A stretch of 36,030 nucleotides of DNA from Amoeboaphelidium occidentale (taxonomy: Eukaryota), in the NCBI GenBank assembly GCA_023515795.1, contig JALGPX010000108.1, positions 1 to 36,030 of the forward strand. Reading direction: 5' to 3'. The notes beneath the pieces were generated by a model. That model worked only from the letters and a program-made list of their open reading frames with translations, had not been told where the DNA came from and searched no databases. This document shows positions 10,746 through 22,507 of the stretch, piece by piece; position 1 is the stretch's first letter; the number at the start of each line of letters is the position of its first letter. A program made the position numbers and the translations under genes.

Positions 10746-12351
10746 TCAGTTTTGAATAACAAATGCGGTTTGATCTTTCTGTATGCCTTCTTGAATTAGC
10801 ATATCCTTGAAAGAATCATAATGTTTAGGGTTGACAACGTCTCCTGTTTGAGCCCTTGCTAAACCGTACTCATCTTCGCCGTAAATGTACTCACCCAAAG
10901 CGTTGATATGTGGTCGCGCATCAAATAGAGGCCAATAGCAAAGATCTAAATCATTCTCGCGCATATATCTCAACACATAATTATTCCAGCAGTCACTCAA
11001 ACCAAAATCTCTAGTATCAGTTCCGAACTCGCCAACCCAAACAGGAATATTCTGTTGCTTGAATATATTGCCCCAGTACTTATCTGTAACATTACTGAAT
11101 TCCTCATAAGTAGGAGTCACATTGTCCCACTTGTAATTAGAAGAATTGTAAAAGAATGGGTAGAAATGAGAACTGTAAACCACCTTATCAGGAACACTTA
11201 GATTAAGAGGCTTATGCATGATTCCAGTCAAATTGTGAAGCTGAGCGTATCCTGTAACTTCATCTGGAATATCCAAGTGCTTTCCGATCAAGTTCCAAAG
11301 AGAAGGATCATTCTTGAGAGCATTAAAAATCAAATGAACAGCTGTTGGAATGTAACTAGATAAATCAAATGCTCCTTGAGACATGATCAACAAATTAGGG
11401 TTCTTCTGTAATATCTTGTTTGCAGTCTTTGTGGATTGTTCATGCCAATCATAGTATTCAATATTAACACCACCAAATATCTTGCGCAATAGAAAAAGAA
11501 TAACTTTGTACTTTACATTTTCAAGTTTTGGATGGGTGTATGAGAGAAAGGAAGGATCAAAATCTTTTAGAGGAACTACACCCGTGCCTCGACCCCAAAC
11601 AGGCATGCGAACAGAGACTTTTGGGTAAAGCATCCACCATTTCTTTTCAATTCGAATATCAGGACGTACTTCATTGTGCAAATCAGCAGCAATTACATAT
11701 GGCTGATCCTTGTAACGGAGAACCATGCGCTCCCATGCCTAAAAACAAATAAGAAAACAAGCGTTTTGACAAACAACCTCTTCGTAATCATTAGCAGACC
11801 AGCGTTCATTGAACCACAAACCATTAGCATCCCTAGGATCACAACACCAACCGGCGTCCAACATGTGATTATCAAGAACAACCATAACTTGCTCAGAAGC
11901 CAAAGCTTCAACGACTAAATCCATCACATCCAAAGCCCTGTACCAACCAAATAATCTCTGGCTGAACCAGTTTACTTTAGCACCTCTAAGAATGGAACGA
12001 ATAGCTTCCGGTCGAACATGAGGATTCTTAAACACCAATTCCACAGACCAATTCAATCGAACACAATTAAATCCGTACTTTCTGATTAACTTTGCAACTT
12101 CCTTGGGTGTCTTGAAGTAAAGGCCAGAAGGTACGAACGTGTTCATGTGTGCCCCGTGCCTGATTTGTTAATCGCAACGTGTTTTCGTAAGCTTACCAAT
12201 TAACGCACGCCAGTTTTACTCTTTTGCCTTGACTATCGGTGACATATCTGCCTTGCACCTGCAGAGGCAATTCATTTTCTTTCAAGAATCGACTCGAAAC
12301 GAATGAGAAGATGAAGAGCAAAGGCAGCAGGAATTTAACTGCTGAAATCAT
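10746..12351 (-). CDS. Secreted glycoside hydrolase family 5 (cellulase-like), 3 exons
   Basis: Signal peptide MISAVKFLLPLLFIFSFVSS; GRYVTDSQGKRVKLACVNW; GFNCVRL; LDNH; WCC; acid/base DLHNEVR; YSSHFY; nucleophile PVWVGEFG; YWPL. Confidence 0.88.
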
Positions 12352-12480
12352 CGGCGCTCTTTGGGAAAAATGTTGCAAAATTTGAATGCTGGTAATCAAG
12401 CGAGATTGGGAAAGCAAAGTGTTCAACAACTTGCGAGTTCTATTCGTACTTCATATGATACAATGTAATTACTTAATTGT

Positions 12481-13149
12481 TTATCCTGATAGACATTCGT
12501 TAGATATTCTAACGTTAAAAGCCATGTGTGATTTGTCGTTATTGTAGCGTTCCTTCTCAATTGGTGGTGTTGATGGCAAGAAAGTATCACCCCCATCATC
12601 GGCTGAAACGATCAACGTAGCTCTGTATAAAAACTTGAGATGTTAGCAATATCATAAGCTAATGGTTACGTTTTCGTATTCATCTGAAACAAAGTCCATT
12701 AACATTTCAATGTCTTCCTGGTCAGATAGTCTGATCATGTCAATCTCAATGCTCATGACAGAAGGCCCAAACCCTCCGCCAACGTGCATTCTCTTTGTTT
12801 CTGCGGAAAAGTTTTATCTTAAGGGACTGATGAAGCTTACCTTTAATCAAGAACAACTCAAGATCCTGCTCAAGCTCTGTCGCAGCTTTTGAACTAATAT
12901 CACAGTCAGCAATTGTCTCTGTGAACCAAGTTTCAATCATGCGTTGTATCAGTGCAGCAGAGGTACAGCCGTGATTTCCGACAGATGGAATCTAAGAGAT
13001 AAGCCTGCTAAGGTAGAATTAATTTAACGTACGCTCAGAAAATGACCTCCAGTAGAAATATCAAAGTAGTAAACATTGTGAACAGTTGAGGCAGGCTTTT
13101 TCTGTAGCTTAGATGCTGGAGCAGGGGAGTAAATGTTTGAAGTAGACAT
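12481..13149 (-). CDS. Hypothetical multi-exon protein
   Basis: Exon-like frames MSTSNIYSPAPASKLQKKPASTVHNVYYFDISTGGHFL, ...IQRMIETWFTETIADCDISS...LELFLIK, DIDMIRLSDQEDIEMLMDFVSDEYEN and ...ISNECLSG*, bounded by GT/AG sites. No family recognised. Confidence 0.55.
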
Positions 13150-13474
13150 TGTGGTAATCGTGAGAAAAAACCAGGAAATTTACAGAGATTTGCGTGATGA
13201 TTGTCGCGGTTTCAAACAGTGGTCAATAAGGTTTCCCATGATCATCAAAGTTTCAAGTGATTTGCTGCTTTCTGACGCCTAGCTTCTTGTAAAACGGAAG
13301 GATGGTCCGTCTGCAGATACACCCAAAGCACTGTTCATTGCTCTATTTCAACACGAACTTTGTATCACGGAGCAATGGATCATCTCACTAACCTCAAAAT
13401 AGCGCACAATCACACTATCATGGCATTAAGGCACAAAAAGCGAAGCTCAACATCAAATCTTTCTATTGACGCTA

Positions 13475-14077
13475 TTATGCCATCTGTTCGGCATTGGCAG
13501 GGTACTTTGGCGGTGCACCTGTGCTTTTCGGACCAACATTTCCCATTGGAACAATAGCAACAACATTTCCTCCGTTTTGCAAAGTCTTGAGATCTCTTGA
13601 GTAGGAGTTTAATATCAAGAATGTGTAGTATTGAATGAAAAGGCCGATCAAAAGGATAGGAACCACCACGATCAAAGCCCCGATCAATATACCAGATGTC
13701 GCCAAAAGCACAATGCTCACAACGGAAAAGATACAACTCAAGATAAAAGCGACCAACATGATCATTGCGACTGTTTTCGTAATGACTGCGCTTTCAGTCA
13801 CACAACCATACAACCCAGCAGCAAAGATCAGAGACCAAACGATCGAATAAGCCATGGTAGCATAGTCTCCGCTCGTTATTGAGGTTATCACTGATATCAC
13901 ATTGAAGATCAAGCCAAGTATAACCAAGATCAAGCTGCCAGTCTTCAAGTCACAACCACAGCAACAAGTTGCAGTGTAGCACTCACCGCAGCCATTGCCG
14001 GTTGGGTTTCCTGTAGGAGTAGCGACAACTTGAACAATCGCTGCACCACCGCTATTCTTACTTCTAGCAGGTTCCAT
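13475..14077 (-). CDS. Four-TM membrane protein with CCCGCDLKTG motif (LAPTM/Mtp-like)
   Basis: Four hydrophobic segments, a Cys-rich motif before TM1, LNSYSR after TM4 and a C-terminal PPKY (PY motif). Confidence 0.75.
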   Translation of the reverse strand: MEPARSKNSGGAAIVQVVATPTGNPTGNGCGECYTATCCCGCDLKTGSLILVILGLIFNVISVITSITSGDYATMAYSIVWSLIFAAGLYGCVTESAVITKTVAMIMLVAFILSCIFSVVSIVLLATSGILIGALIVVVPILLIGLFIQYYTFLILNSYSRDLKTLQNGGNVVAIVPMGNVGPKSTGAPPKYPANAEQMA

Positions 14078-14345
14078 CTGATTTCGCTAAGATCAAAGTT
14101 GACTTGAGAATGTCGCAAGATCAAGTTGTCAAACATCTTGTTGGTTGGCAGGGCTGAAAAGCCATGCTCAAACCTCTGTATGATCTATGATCCTCTTAAA
14201 ATTCTAAGACCTTCGGCGCGACTTTTGAGAAAATAAATAAGCAACGAAGCTTCAAAAACTGGTTAATTATGGGAGGAAGTTTCTTGTCTTGCCCTGAGAT
14301 CACAACGCCACACAAACATGTTTTCCACAATTTCAAAATTCTGCA

Positions 14346-14945
14346 ATGAATTCTTCGTATACGCCAAGAAAATCTTGCTTTGACCTCTTTGTAGTTGATT
14401 CCTGCTGCTGTGGATGTGATCTGAAGACTGGTAGCATCATCTTACTGATATTTGCTGTGATTTACTATTTTGCGGCTGTTGTGATAAGTGCTGTGTCCTT
14501 CCAATGGATTCAATTTGTTGCGTGCCTTGTTCTGTTCACTATTGCTGCAGTTGGCTTGTATGGCGCTGTCTCTGAGAAAGCGACTCTTGTCAGGATTGTT
14601 TCATTGGCCACCCTCGTGACATTTGTCATTGGGGTTATTGCTTTTACTGTCACCATAATTGTGTACTCTGTTCCCAACTCAGTCATAAGAACTAGATGTG
14701 GCTCCTCAACAACTAACCAGGATGGCACTGTTACAATTTTCATGTGGAGCGATGAAGGTGATGAGCCTTTGGATTGTAACATGCTTGCTAACCTGTTCTT
14801 GGCCACTTTTGTCCCTCTGTCTGCTGTTGCATTGCTAATTGAATTTTATGTTTTTGTGGTTTTGAATAGTTACGCTCGCTACCTCCGCATAATTTCTGTC
14901 CAACCATCGGTCACAAGCGCCAACAAGGACGTTGAGATGGTCTAA
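14346..14945 (+). CDS. Four-TM membrane protein, paralog of 13475..14077
   Basis: Shares CCCGCDLKTGS-IL, GLYG-V-E-A and LNSY-R-L with the divergent neighbour. Confidence 0.75.
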   Translation: MNSSYTPRKSCFDLFVVDSCCCGCDLKTGSIILLIFAVIYYFAAVVISAVSFQWIQFVACLVLFTIAAVGLYGAVSEKATLVRIVSLATLVTFVIGVIAFTVTIIVYSVPNSVIRTRCGSSTTNQDGTVTIFMWSDEGDEPLDCNMLANLFLATFVPLSAVALLIEFYVFVVLNSYARYLRIISVQPSVTSANKDVEMV

Positions 14946-15117
14946 AAAAATAAACAGTTTTCTCTATATAGAAGGTTGAAATTTTAGTCTAGGTGAGTTG
15001 ATACACGTGAAGTAAGGGATGATTATCTTTAATATCTGACTTAAACTTTCCGAGAAACTGCTGATACAATTTATCCAACAGCAAAATTTAAAAATACTTT
15101 TGCCACCTGACTCACTG

Positions 15118-16288
15118 ATGAAACCTGCTTTGCCTTTAGACCAGCGTCCCGAGAATCCCGGCACGATTCAGTTGGCTGACCATTTGTTACCGCTTCTCAA
15201 GACATCGCATTCCCATCCGTTACAAGTATCATGGATTCTACCGCCATCAATGCAAAATTCGATTCCGAAATCAGCTACAGCATATCTGCAGGAGTTCACT
15301 AAAGCGAAATCATCGGTTGCACCTACTGAGAAGCGAAAGGTGTCGAATGATCATGAATACGATGATTATAAGGATGNNNNNNNNNNNNNNNNNNNNNGAA
15401 ATCAGCTACAGCATATCTGCAGGAGTTCACCAAAGCGAAATCATCGGTTGCACCTACTGAGAAGCGAAAGGTGTCGAATGATCATGAATACGATGATTAT
15501 AAGGATGAAGATGATGATGAAAGCGATCAGGATCATGATGTCTCGCAACAACACCGAATCGGTAATTTGGCATTATGCTCAGCGCCGGGAAAGAAAATAA
15601 GGCTGAATGGAAACGGTATCAGCAAGAGTCGTCTTCCGATAAGCAGGTACACTAGTTTCTTGGTAGTCTGGAGCTTAATCTGTTATTAGGGATCTTGAAA
15701 CTGATTTTGCACGTATAAAAGCTTTGGGCATTGACACAATAGTCAAGTAAAATTCCATTATGAATACCACTGATGTTTAGCTTGTTGGATGATAAGGAAC
15801 TTGAGTATTTGAATGCGCCATGGACTGCATACAATGAAAAGTGTGTTAAAGCAGGCTTAGATGTCATTAGATATCCAATAGTTGAAGGTTACGGTCCAGA
15901 CGGTCTCACAGACTTTCATGATAAAGTTATTATCCCAATAACCAAAAAGATATACAAGGGAGAGAATGTTATCGTACATTGCAGAGGCGGAATAGGAAGG
16001 GCTGGGTTGGTTGCATGCTGTTTCCTATTGTTCAACAAACTATGCAAGAACGCTGACAGGGCAATTACTTTAGTACGCTCAAGAAGATCACCAAAAGCTA
16101 TTGAAACCGCGATGCAAGAAGAGTATATTCAAATGTATCATGAATATGTGCAGCATCTTGATGCACAGCAAAATGTTGTAGAAGATAAACCGAAAGGAAG
16201 TATTACCACTGAAGAGAAGGACGAACCAGAAGTTGCACCATCGTCTGCAATTCCTAATAAGCGCATCATTCGTCATCAAAAGCATTAG
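15118..16288 (+). CDS. Dual-specificity protein phosphatase, CDKN3-like (multi-exon, crosses an assembly gap)
   Basis: Catalytic HCRGGIGRAG; GNLALCSAPGKK; RDLETDFARIKALG exon after intron ~15646-15688; KAIETAMQEEYI Q-loop. Confidence 0.8.
15267..15507. repeat. 110-bp direct duplication (15267-15376 and 15398-15507) flanking 21 Ns; probable contig-overlap artefact
   Basis: The two copies are identical apart from the one difference I saw (ttcact vs ttcacc). Collapsing them restores the phosphatase frame. Confidence 0.85.
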
Positions 16289-16314
16289 ACAATAGAACTT
16301 AGTGTTTCTTTGCG

Positions 16315-17307
16315 ATGAAACAGTTGCAGCGATTGAGAACAGTTCAGGATTTCCCAGAGTGTCTGGAGCACGGCGAACCAATTGAGGTGACCCTTTTCGA
16401 CCCGAAGCCTTCGATTTTAAAGAATTACGAAATTGTTGATAAGAGAGTAATTAGAGTTAATGGAATGAATGTTCATGCACCATCCAAAACTATTTCTACA
16501 CGTTTAACTTCATTCGATACTTACGGAGGCGTGGTTGCGCATTCTTCAGGCGAAGGAATTAAAGTGCTTTTTGGTTCTACCGGAAAGGTTGTGGATTTGC
16601 GTGGGCATTTCGTTGAGACTTCTTCCTTGAAATTGTTCCCGTCTGCTAAAGTTCTGCTTTCCGGAGGAATGGATATGATGCTTAAAATTTGGGATTTAGG
16701 AGATGGTTCATGTGAACGGGAGATGAAGGGCCACACGTCTACGATAACAGCTTTGGGCATTTTGGGTCGAGGCAAGAATGTTGTGTCAGGAAGCAAGGAT
16801 GGAACTTTACGTCAATGGAATTGTGCTGAAGGCAAATGCGTCGCTACTCTTAAAGTAAGTGCTCCAGTGTCTTGCATTGATGTGTTTCATGACCTCATTG
16901 GAGTATCATTTGGGAATACAATCAAGATTGTTAAGTCTGTGTCAAGCGAGAATGGTTCTTTCGAGGAATTGCAGTCTTTAGATGTTCAGCGCGTTTCATG
17001 CATCTGCTTTATTAGCGATAATACGATTGTTTCAGGTTCAGAGGATGGCATCATACAAATTCACAATCTAAAAGATGCTTCGAAATCTGTTGAACCTATG
17101 AAACGAAACGATCTTGCGATTAACTCCATGTTTAAAGTTGCAGATAATTCTGTCATAGTTGCGGCACAGGATTCTTGTTTTAAGCTGAACATTGAAACGC
17201 TTTGTGTTACTGATGAGTATCTCTGCAACAATTCATGCGTGTTGAAGGTTACTGAACATAACAAAATCACTTATGCCAGCACAAAGGACGGTATTTTTCT
17301 ATTTTAG
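16315..17307 (+). CDS. PAAF1: WD40 protein, proteasome assembly chaperone PAAF1/Rpn14-like
   Basis: GH...FPSAKVLLSGGMDMMLKIW...KGHTSTITALGILGRGKNVVSGSKDGTLRQWNC matches the characteristic PAAF1/Rpn14 repeats. Confidence 0.75.
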   Translation: MKQLQRLRTVQDFPECLEHGEPIEVTLFDPKPSILKNYEIVDKRVIRVNGMNVHAPSKTISTRLTSFDTYGGVVAHSSGEGIKVLFGSTGKVVDLRGHFVETSSLKLFPSAKVLLSGGMDMMLKIWDLGDGSCEREMKGHTSTITALGILGRGKNVVSGSKDGTLRQWNCAEGKCVATLKVSAPVSCIDVFHDLIGVSFGNTIKIVKSVSSENGSFEELQSLDVQRVSCICFISDNTIVSGSEDGIIQIHNLKDASKSVEPMKRNDLAINSMFKVADNSVIVAAQDSCFKLNIETLCVTDEYLCNNSCVLKVTEHNKITYASTKDGIFLF

Positions 17308-17318
17308 TAAACTTTTCA

Positions 17319-18471
17319 TCAGAATACTTTTCTTGATTTTGTGTTCATTGCGCGGTAAATGTAGAATGCGACCGCTGCCACGATAGACAAGCCTCCTAGA
17401 CGTAAGAACCATGTCCAGAATGATGAGCCTATTGATCCTCCGGCGGTTTTGGCTGCATTATCATCATGTATATGACTATCTATAGCATCATTACCAGAGA
17501 ATTCATCTCTTTGTAATTTGTTGAATGTCATAACACGATAGATATCGTGGTTATCGTAAAGATCACCAGTTGCAGAAGAAAAGCCGAGGTAACCAGATTG
17601 AGGTAAAGTTACATTAGACAGAACGAAGCACGTCTGCCATCCCTTGTCTGTGTTATCAGTGAACTTCAATTCGAGCACATCGTTCTTGAAGTAAGTTATT
17701 CTAGCTCTAATTGGTTCCTTTGAGCCTCTGATATTTGCTTCACAACCGTGACCAGCTACAGTGGCCTTGTTATCATTATTGTGATCATATTGAGTTTTTC
17801 CATCTCCTATCATAGCAGATATGTATGGAAATGAATGCTACACAGAAAGAGTATTAATGGTTTCGGTTGCGTCTCTAAGCTTACATCATGCTGACCGTTG
17901 GCAAATGTATCAAAGAACACACCAAGACCTGTGAACTGATCTTTGAAGCCAAACACCGGACCTTCTTGGTACTTCTCTGTAACGTAAAAGAATGCGAAAC
18001 CGTCGCCGAAAAGAGATGGAGCATGTCCACTAATTCTAAAGTCGATATCAATCGACCAATGTTCAAACTGCAACTGGCTACACAATAAGCTTTAGGTTAG
18101 TGAATGCTCACCTTGTGCTCCATAGATAACCTCTCTGTGACTTTCTTTCGGCAGTCAAGCGGATATAATCGTAAACTTTGACCAAAGTAGAACCTGAACA
18201 GTTAACTGATGAATGATTCCTTGAAGCACAAACCTCCAAAGTCCCAGTATTCGTTCTCAAAGTGATTATACAGGAATGGAGGTGATAGGGAATGAGCGTA
18301 GAGAGGTTCTGAGTAACCATCGTGGTCCCAGCCGAACTGCAATGGGAAATGCTTCAATCTAGGTGCGATTTGAGGTTGCCCTTCAGGTTCAGGATCTACA
18401 GCTCTTGAAACAGTATCAGCAGTTACTACAGTAGCAATGAATGCACCAACACCAAAGTACAAGAAGCGCAT
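17319..18471 (-). CDS. L-type lectin cargo receptor, VIP36/ERGIC-53 family (multi-exon)
   Basis: Signal peptide; HSLSPPF...WDFGG; YIRLTAERKSQRGYLWS; FGDGFAF; GPVFG; GLGVFFDTFAN; YLGFSSATGDLYDNHDI; TM helix and KSRKVF tail. Confidence 0.9.
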
Positions 18472-19231
18472 TTTTTGATTTTGAAGATGAGATCTATTTA
18501 TAGATTTGAAAGAATTCAAGTCCTGTGCGTTGTCAAGGCGGCCAAATCTGCCCTCCATGAGAATTTAAAACACTTTTTCTTCATGGAGTCTGATATACAT
18601 CAAAAACAGCTGTCTCACGAAAAAGGCTGCTGGATGATGAGCAGTCTCAACGATCAAGTCATTAAATGCTTTCGTCCATGAAGTTGTAACATCAGGACTC
18701 TAAAGTGATGTAAGACCGATATGTCAAATCTATGGATTATTCATTCAATCCCTTCTCTACTGACATTTACTCTTACGCTATTGTCGCACAATGCTGAAAC
18801 TTCGACATCTGAAGTCCGTATGGCATTTATATCTTCTATAGATGGCGTGCTATCGAATCAATGAAATATAAAATTAAAATCTTTAGTTCTCCCTGACCAC
18901 AGCAGAAAGATACCCAAGTTTCAGTAGGCAAGTCTGAGCCGACAAATCAGTAAGTGCAGTATAAAAGACGCAGCTCTGTTTATTCACAAACTGAAACGTT
19001 TCTGAAAACTATTTTGCATCGGAAGAATAATCAGCCTTTTTCTGCGCAACAACTGTCGCCGTAAAAATTATGCGATTAATTTTCTGAATGATACTTAATC
19101 GCGCACTAAAGTTTGCATTATTGTGGTCCCAAACGAAAAGATTTATCAAAAGATAAAACATGCCATGAAATATACGTTAAAAGCACAAATGGTTTAGTAA
19201 ACACTGCCAAAGATAACAATAATCGGAGATG

Positions 19232-21676
19232 CTAAAATTTAATCCTTGAAACCGCTGAATCGTCTAATTCTCCTCCTAACTGCGACACGACGGACAACAA
19301 TTGCTCGGAATTTTCAATCCGTGCCACCTTACGATGCGCAATAATACTATCGGCTAATTCCTTTCGCTTTTGTTGAGTACCCCGAAACAACTGTTGGATG
19401 GAGGTGCTAAAGCTAGAATTCACATCGATAGCCATTGAACACCCAGGATGATCAAAAAACGAGCCATGGAAGCGCAAAGAGTCTGAATTTGACACAAAGA
19501 ATGTTCATTACGGGACTGGTTCCACACTGATACTGGAATAAATGCTCATCAGTCCAACAGTACTCTCCACCGTCTGCGAATTCAAAAATCTTGGCTTCTC
19601 GGGAATTTTCGCCATGAAACCGGAAAGCACCGAGCCGGTGACATCAGATCCCAGTCTCTTGCGTTGATCTAAAAGTAAAATGTGGCCAGAATTATCTGCG
19701 CGTTTCAGAGCAAAGAATATGTCCACTCCAGCCCCATCATCACCGTTTAGTACAACTTGCAAACACGAATCATCAACCCAGTCGACTGAAATGTAGCTCG
19801 CCTTGTTTCGCGTAATGAGTCGGGGCATATCAGGCCCATATTGTTCATTTGAGTGGAAAACTTTGGCCACTCTTATCTGGACTTGCGTCTTGAAAACAGG
19901 ATCATCTTCCCGAAACCGGGATCCTCGCAAAATATCGGACAGGGGAAGTACTGACTGACCCAGAACAAGAAATGAGTTCATCCTTACACAGTAAAAGTGA
20001 GCACCAAATGACTCCCACGATAACCAAGCAGGAACATTGTGTAAAGGGATTCCAACATTATCTGACATATCCTTCAACGAGGAAATCAATGCCACTTCGG
20101 ATTCACCAAGTGTTGCTCCTTCACTTAGTTGCCTATCCAAAACTTGAGAAACTAGATGAAATGGTACGATTACGCAACCATCATCTTGAATCAAGCACAT
20201 TCCGATGGACCCCATTTGGCTCCAATTCAAAGATCTCGCAGATTCCATAGTTGATTCCTTGAACGGACAGATAAGTATATTATTAACCGAAGTGTTTGTG
20301 AACGAGATTGCGAGAAGCTTGAGGAGATCAGATACGGACAATTGAGGAAACTGTAAGTACGAAAGAACCGCCATTCTTGCTGATCGTAGGCTATTCTCAA
20401 CCAGGTCAGCCAGTTTCATTTCTGATACTTTCTCTGCAAACTTAGTAAGAAGCCTTGGAACTCCACCCAAGAAGTAGACATTGTGTGCAAATGATTCGCT
20501 CGCAACAAAACCAGGATGAACATTAGAAATATAAGGTCCAATGGCCTCCATGGACTCACTATGATTCAAAAATCTGATGGGAACCCGCTTGGTGTTGGGG
20601 AAAGACGTACGAGCGATTCTAGTCTTGTTAAGGTCCGTCCCAGCCAGCATAGAGAAGAGCGTCAAACGAGAGTTCACAGGAACGCGAGAACAATTACACA
20701 AGGCACCGAGTAGCTTTTCCAAGTTGTCCAGATCAAGTTTTTGGTATTCATCAACCCCAACAAAAACAAGTATGTTGTCATTTGTTTTCTTACTCCAGTA
20801 CTCTTCGATTGTTTGCAATGCCATGTCCAACGTCATTAGTTTTCTGTTGGCTGGTGACTTATCACGCATCCAACTTTCATACGAATACTGAGCTTTGAAT
20901 AATGAATGGAGAACTCTCCAAGCAAACGAGCACTCGATCCCAAGACTCTCATCCACCCATCCGTAAGCGTTTCCGTCGTTGCCGAACGAGATTATTGATG
21001 AAAGGCGCTTTCCAGGAATACGAGTTATACCCAAAACAGTCGATGCACATTCTTTTAACAGTCGAGTCTTTCCAAGGCCAGGAACACCAGTACAAATCGG
21101 TATCGGTCGCTGATTTCGATCATCAGAGCGACGATTTTGGAAAACAGTAGAAAAGCAATCAGCGATGAATTTGAGTGATTCATCTCTGCCAGCCAAGGGA
21201 AATTGTATCGGATCATTTGCGTTAATTTCTTGTTGACTCAACACTTCGTTTCCTGTTAACTCCGAAGAAGAACTGGTTGGCGAGCCAGTAAGCCAGTCGG
21301 AGAGTCCAGCAGGTGTCATCAATATAGTTGCAGGATTACTGAACCGCGAATGAACCCGCAACATGTCTGCTGCACCGCCTACCACACTGTTAGTCGTCAC
21401 ATCAACATAAGAATACTGCTTACCCTCATGCTGATTAAGGCTGGAAGTAAGTTTTGTCTTCTCCTTCATCAATAGGTCCTTCTCTTTTCGACGGTCAGCG
21501 AGTTCAGCATTGGCATAATCAAGAAGGCTTTGCAAGTTTGCACGAAGATCAGCTGGCTCTTTCTCCGCGATAGCCCTCTTCAACTGCTCCTTGTATTCTT
21601 TTGCTTCTTTACTCAACACTGTTATCTCTTGCTCAATGGCTTCTAACTTCGCAATATCTTGTTGCGTTTGATCCAT
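19232..21676 (-). pseudogene. Crinkler (CRN)-type effector: coiled-coil header, P-loop NTPase, REase-like domain and C-terminal domain; interrupted by tandem stops
   Basis: FPLAGRDESL; Walker A GVPGLGKT; ISFGNDG; Walker B VGVDEYQ; GGVPRLL; SWESFGAHF; NGDDGAGVDIFFAL...LLLDQRKR (PD-(D/E)xK-like). TAA-TGA at 19505-19510, after which the same frame continues TFFVSNSDSLRFHGSFFDHPGCSMAIDVNS to 19232. Confidence 0.75.
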
Positions 21677-22507
21677 GCTTTCGTCGTAGCAGAAAAACAA
21701 TTGCTGAAGTTGGGTTCAACAAAATGTAGGAACCAATCACTAACGACAGACGCTTCACCACGCATTAAATGTGCTCATCATTGGTACACGAGGCCCGGCG
21801 GAAGTTTTAAATAGCGAGCACAGACGGAATTAGACTGTTAGATGCAGAGTTGTTACCAGGCGACGAATCGATATTGTAACGGGGCAAAATTATCACGCGC
21901 AGAGAGACTTTCTGTGGCCATGTAGATACTCTGTAAGCTCATCCTGAAAATATCTGACATCTGTTGTGTTAATTAAAGCTGAGCTCAGGAATATTTTCTC
22001 GTAACGAAAAGAGGGTGATATTTCGTAGAGCTATCATGACTGTTGGAATTAGGCTATGTTAGACGCCCTCATGACCAGGAACATGATGCAATTAATCAGA
22101 GTTTATTACTGATGTAAGACTGTAGATCACATGTAATCAGTAGAATCAGAGTGATACAGAGATTGTTGGTTGTTATTGAATGGTTACCACCATAAATTCT
22201 CAACATCGATTCGTCTTTGAAAGTTTCATCTTGTAAGGTCAAAGGTAAAAAGTGAAATGTACTTGTATCTTTGCACCTGTGCACCTTTCTTGTTTGGCAC
22301 ATACGTGTTTGACCTTAACGTGCTTGACATTTCTGAAGACACATTTTGCGGGACGTTTTACCTTCTAATTTATATTGGTCCCAAATACAAACGCCTGTAT
22401 TTCATGAGGGTTTAGACTAGTTAAAGTCTTACGCGTTGTCAAGGCGATCAGAGTTGCACACAAAGTCGTTTTAAAAACACACAGTATCTATTAATTCTTC
22501 CTCAGTT

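Noticed and set aside
15267..15507. Internal tandem repeat in the phosphatase
   Set aside because: Near-identical copies flank an N gap, which is typical of an unmerged contig overlap.
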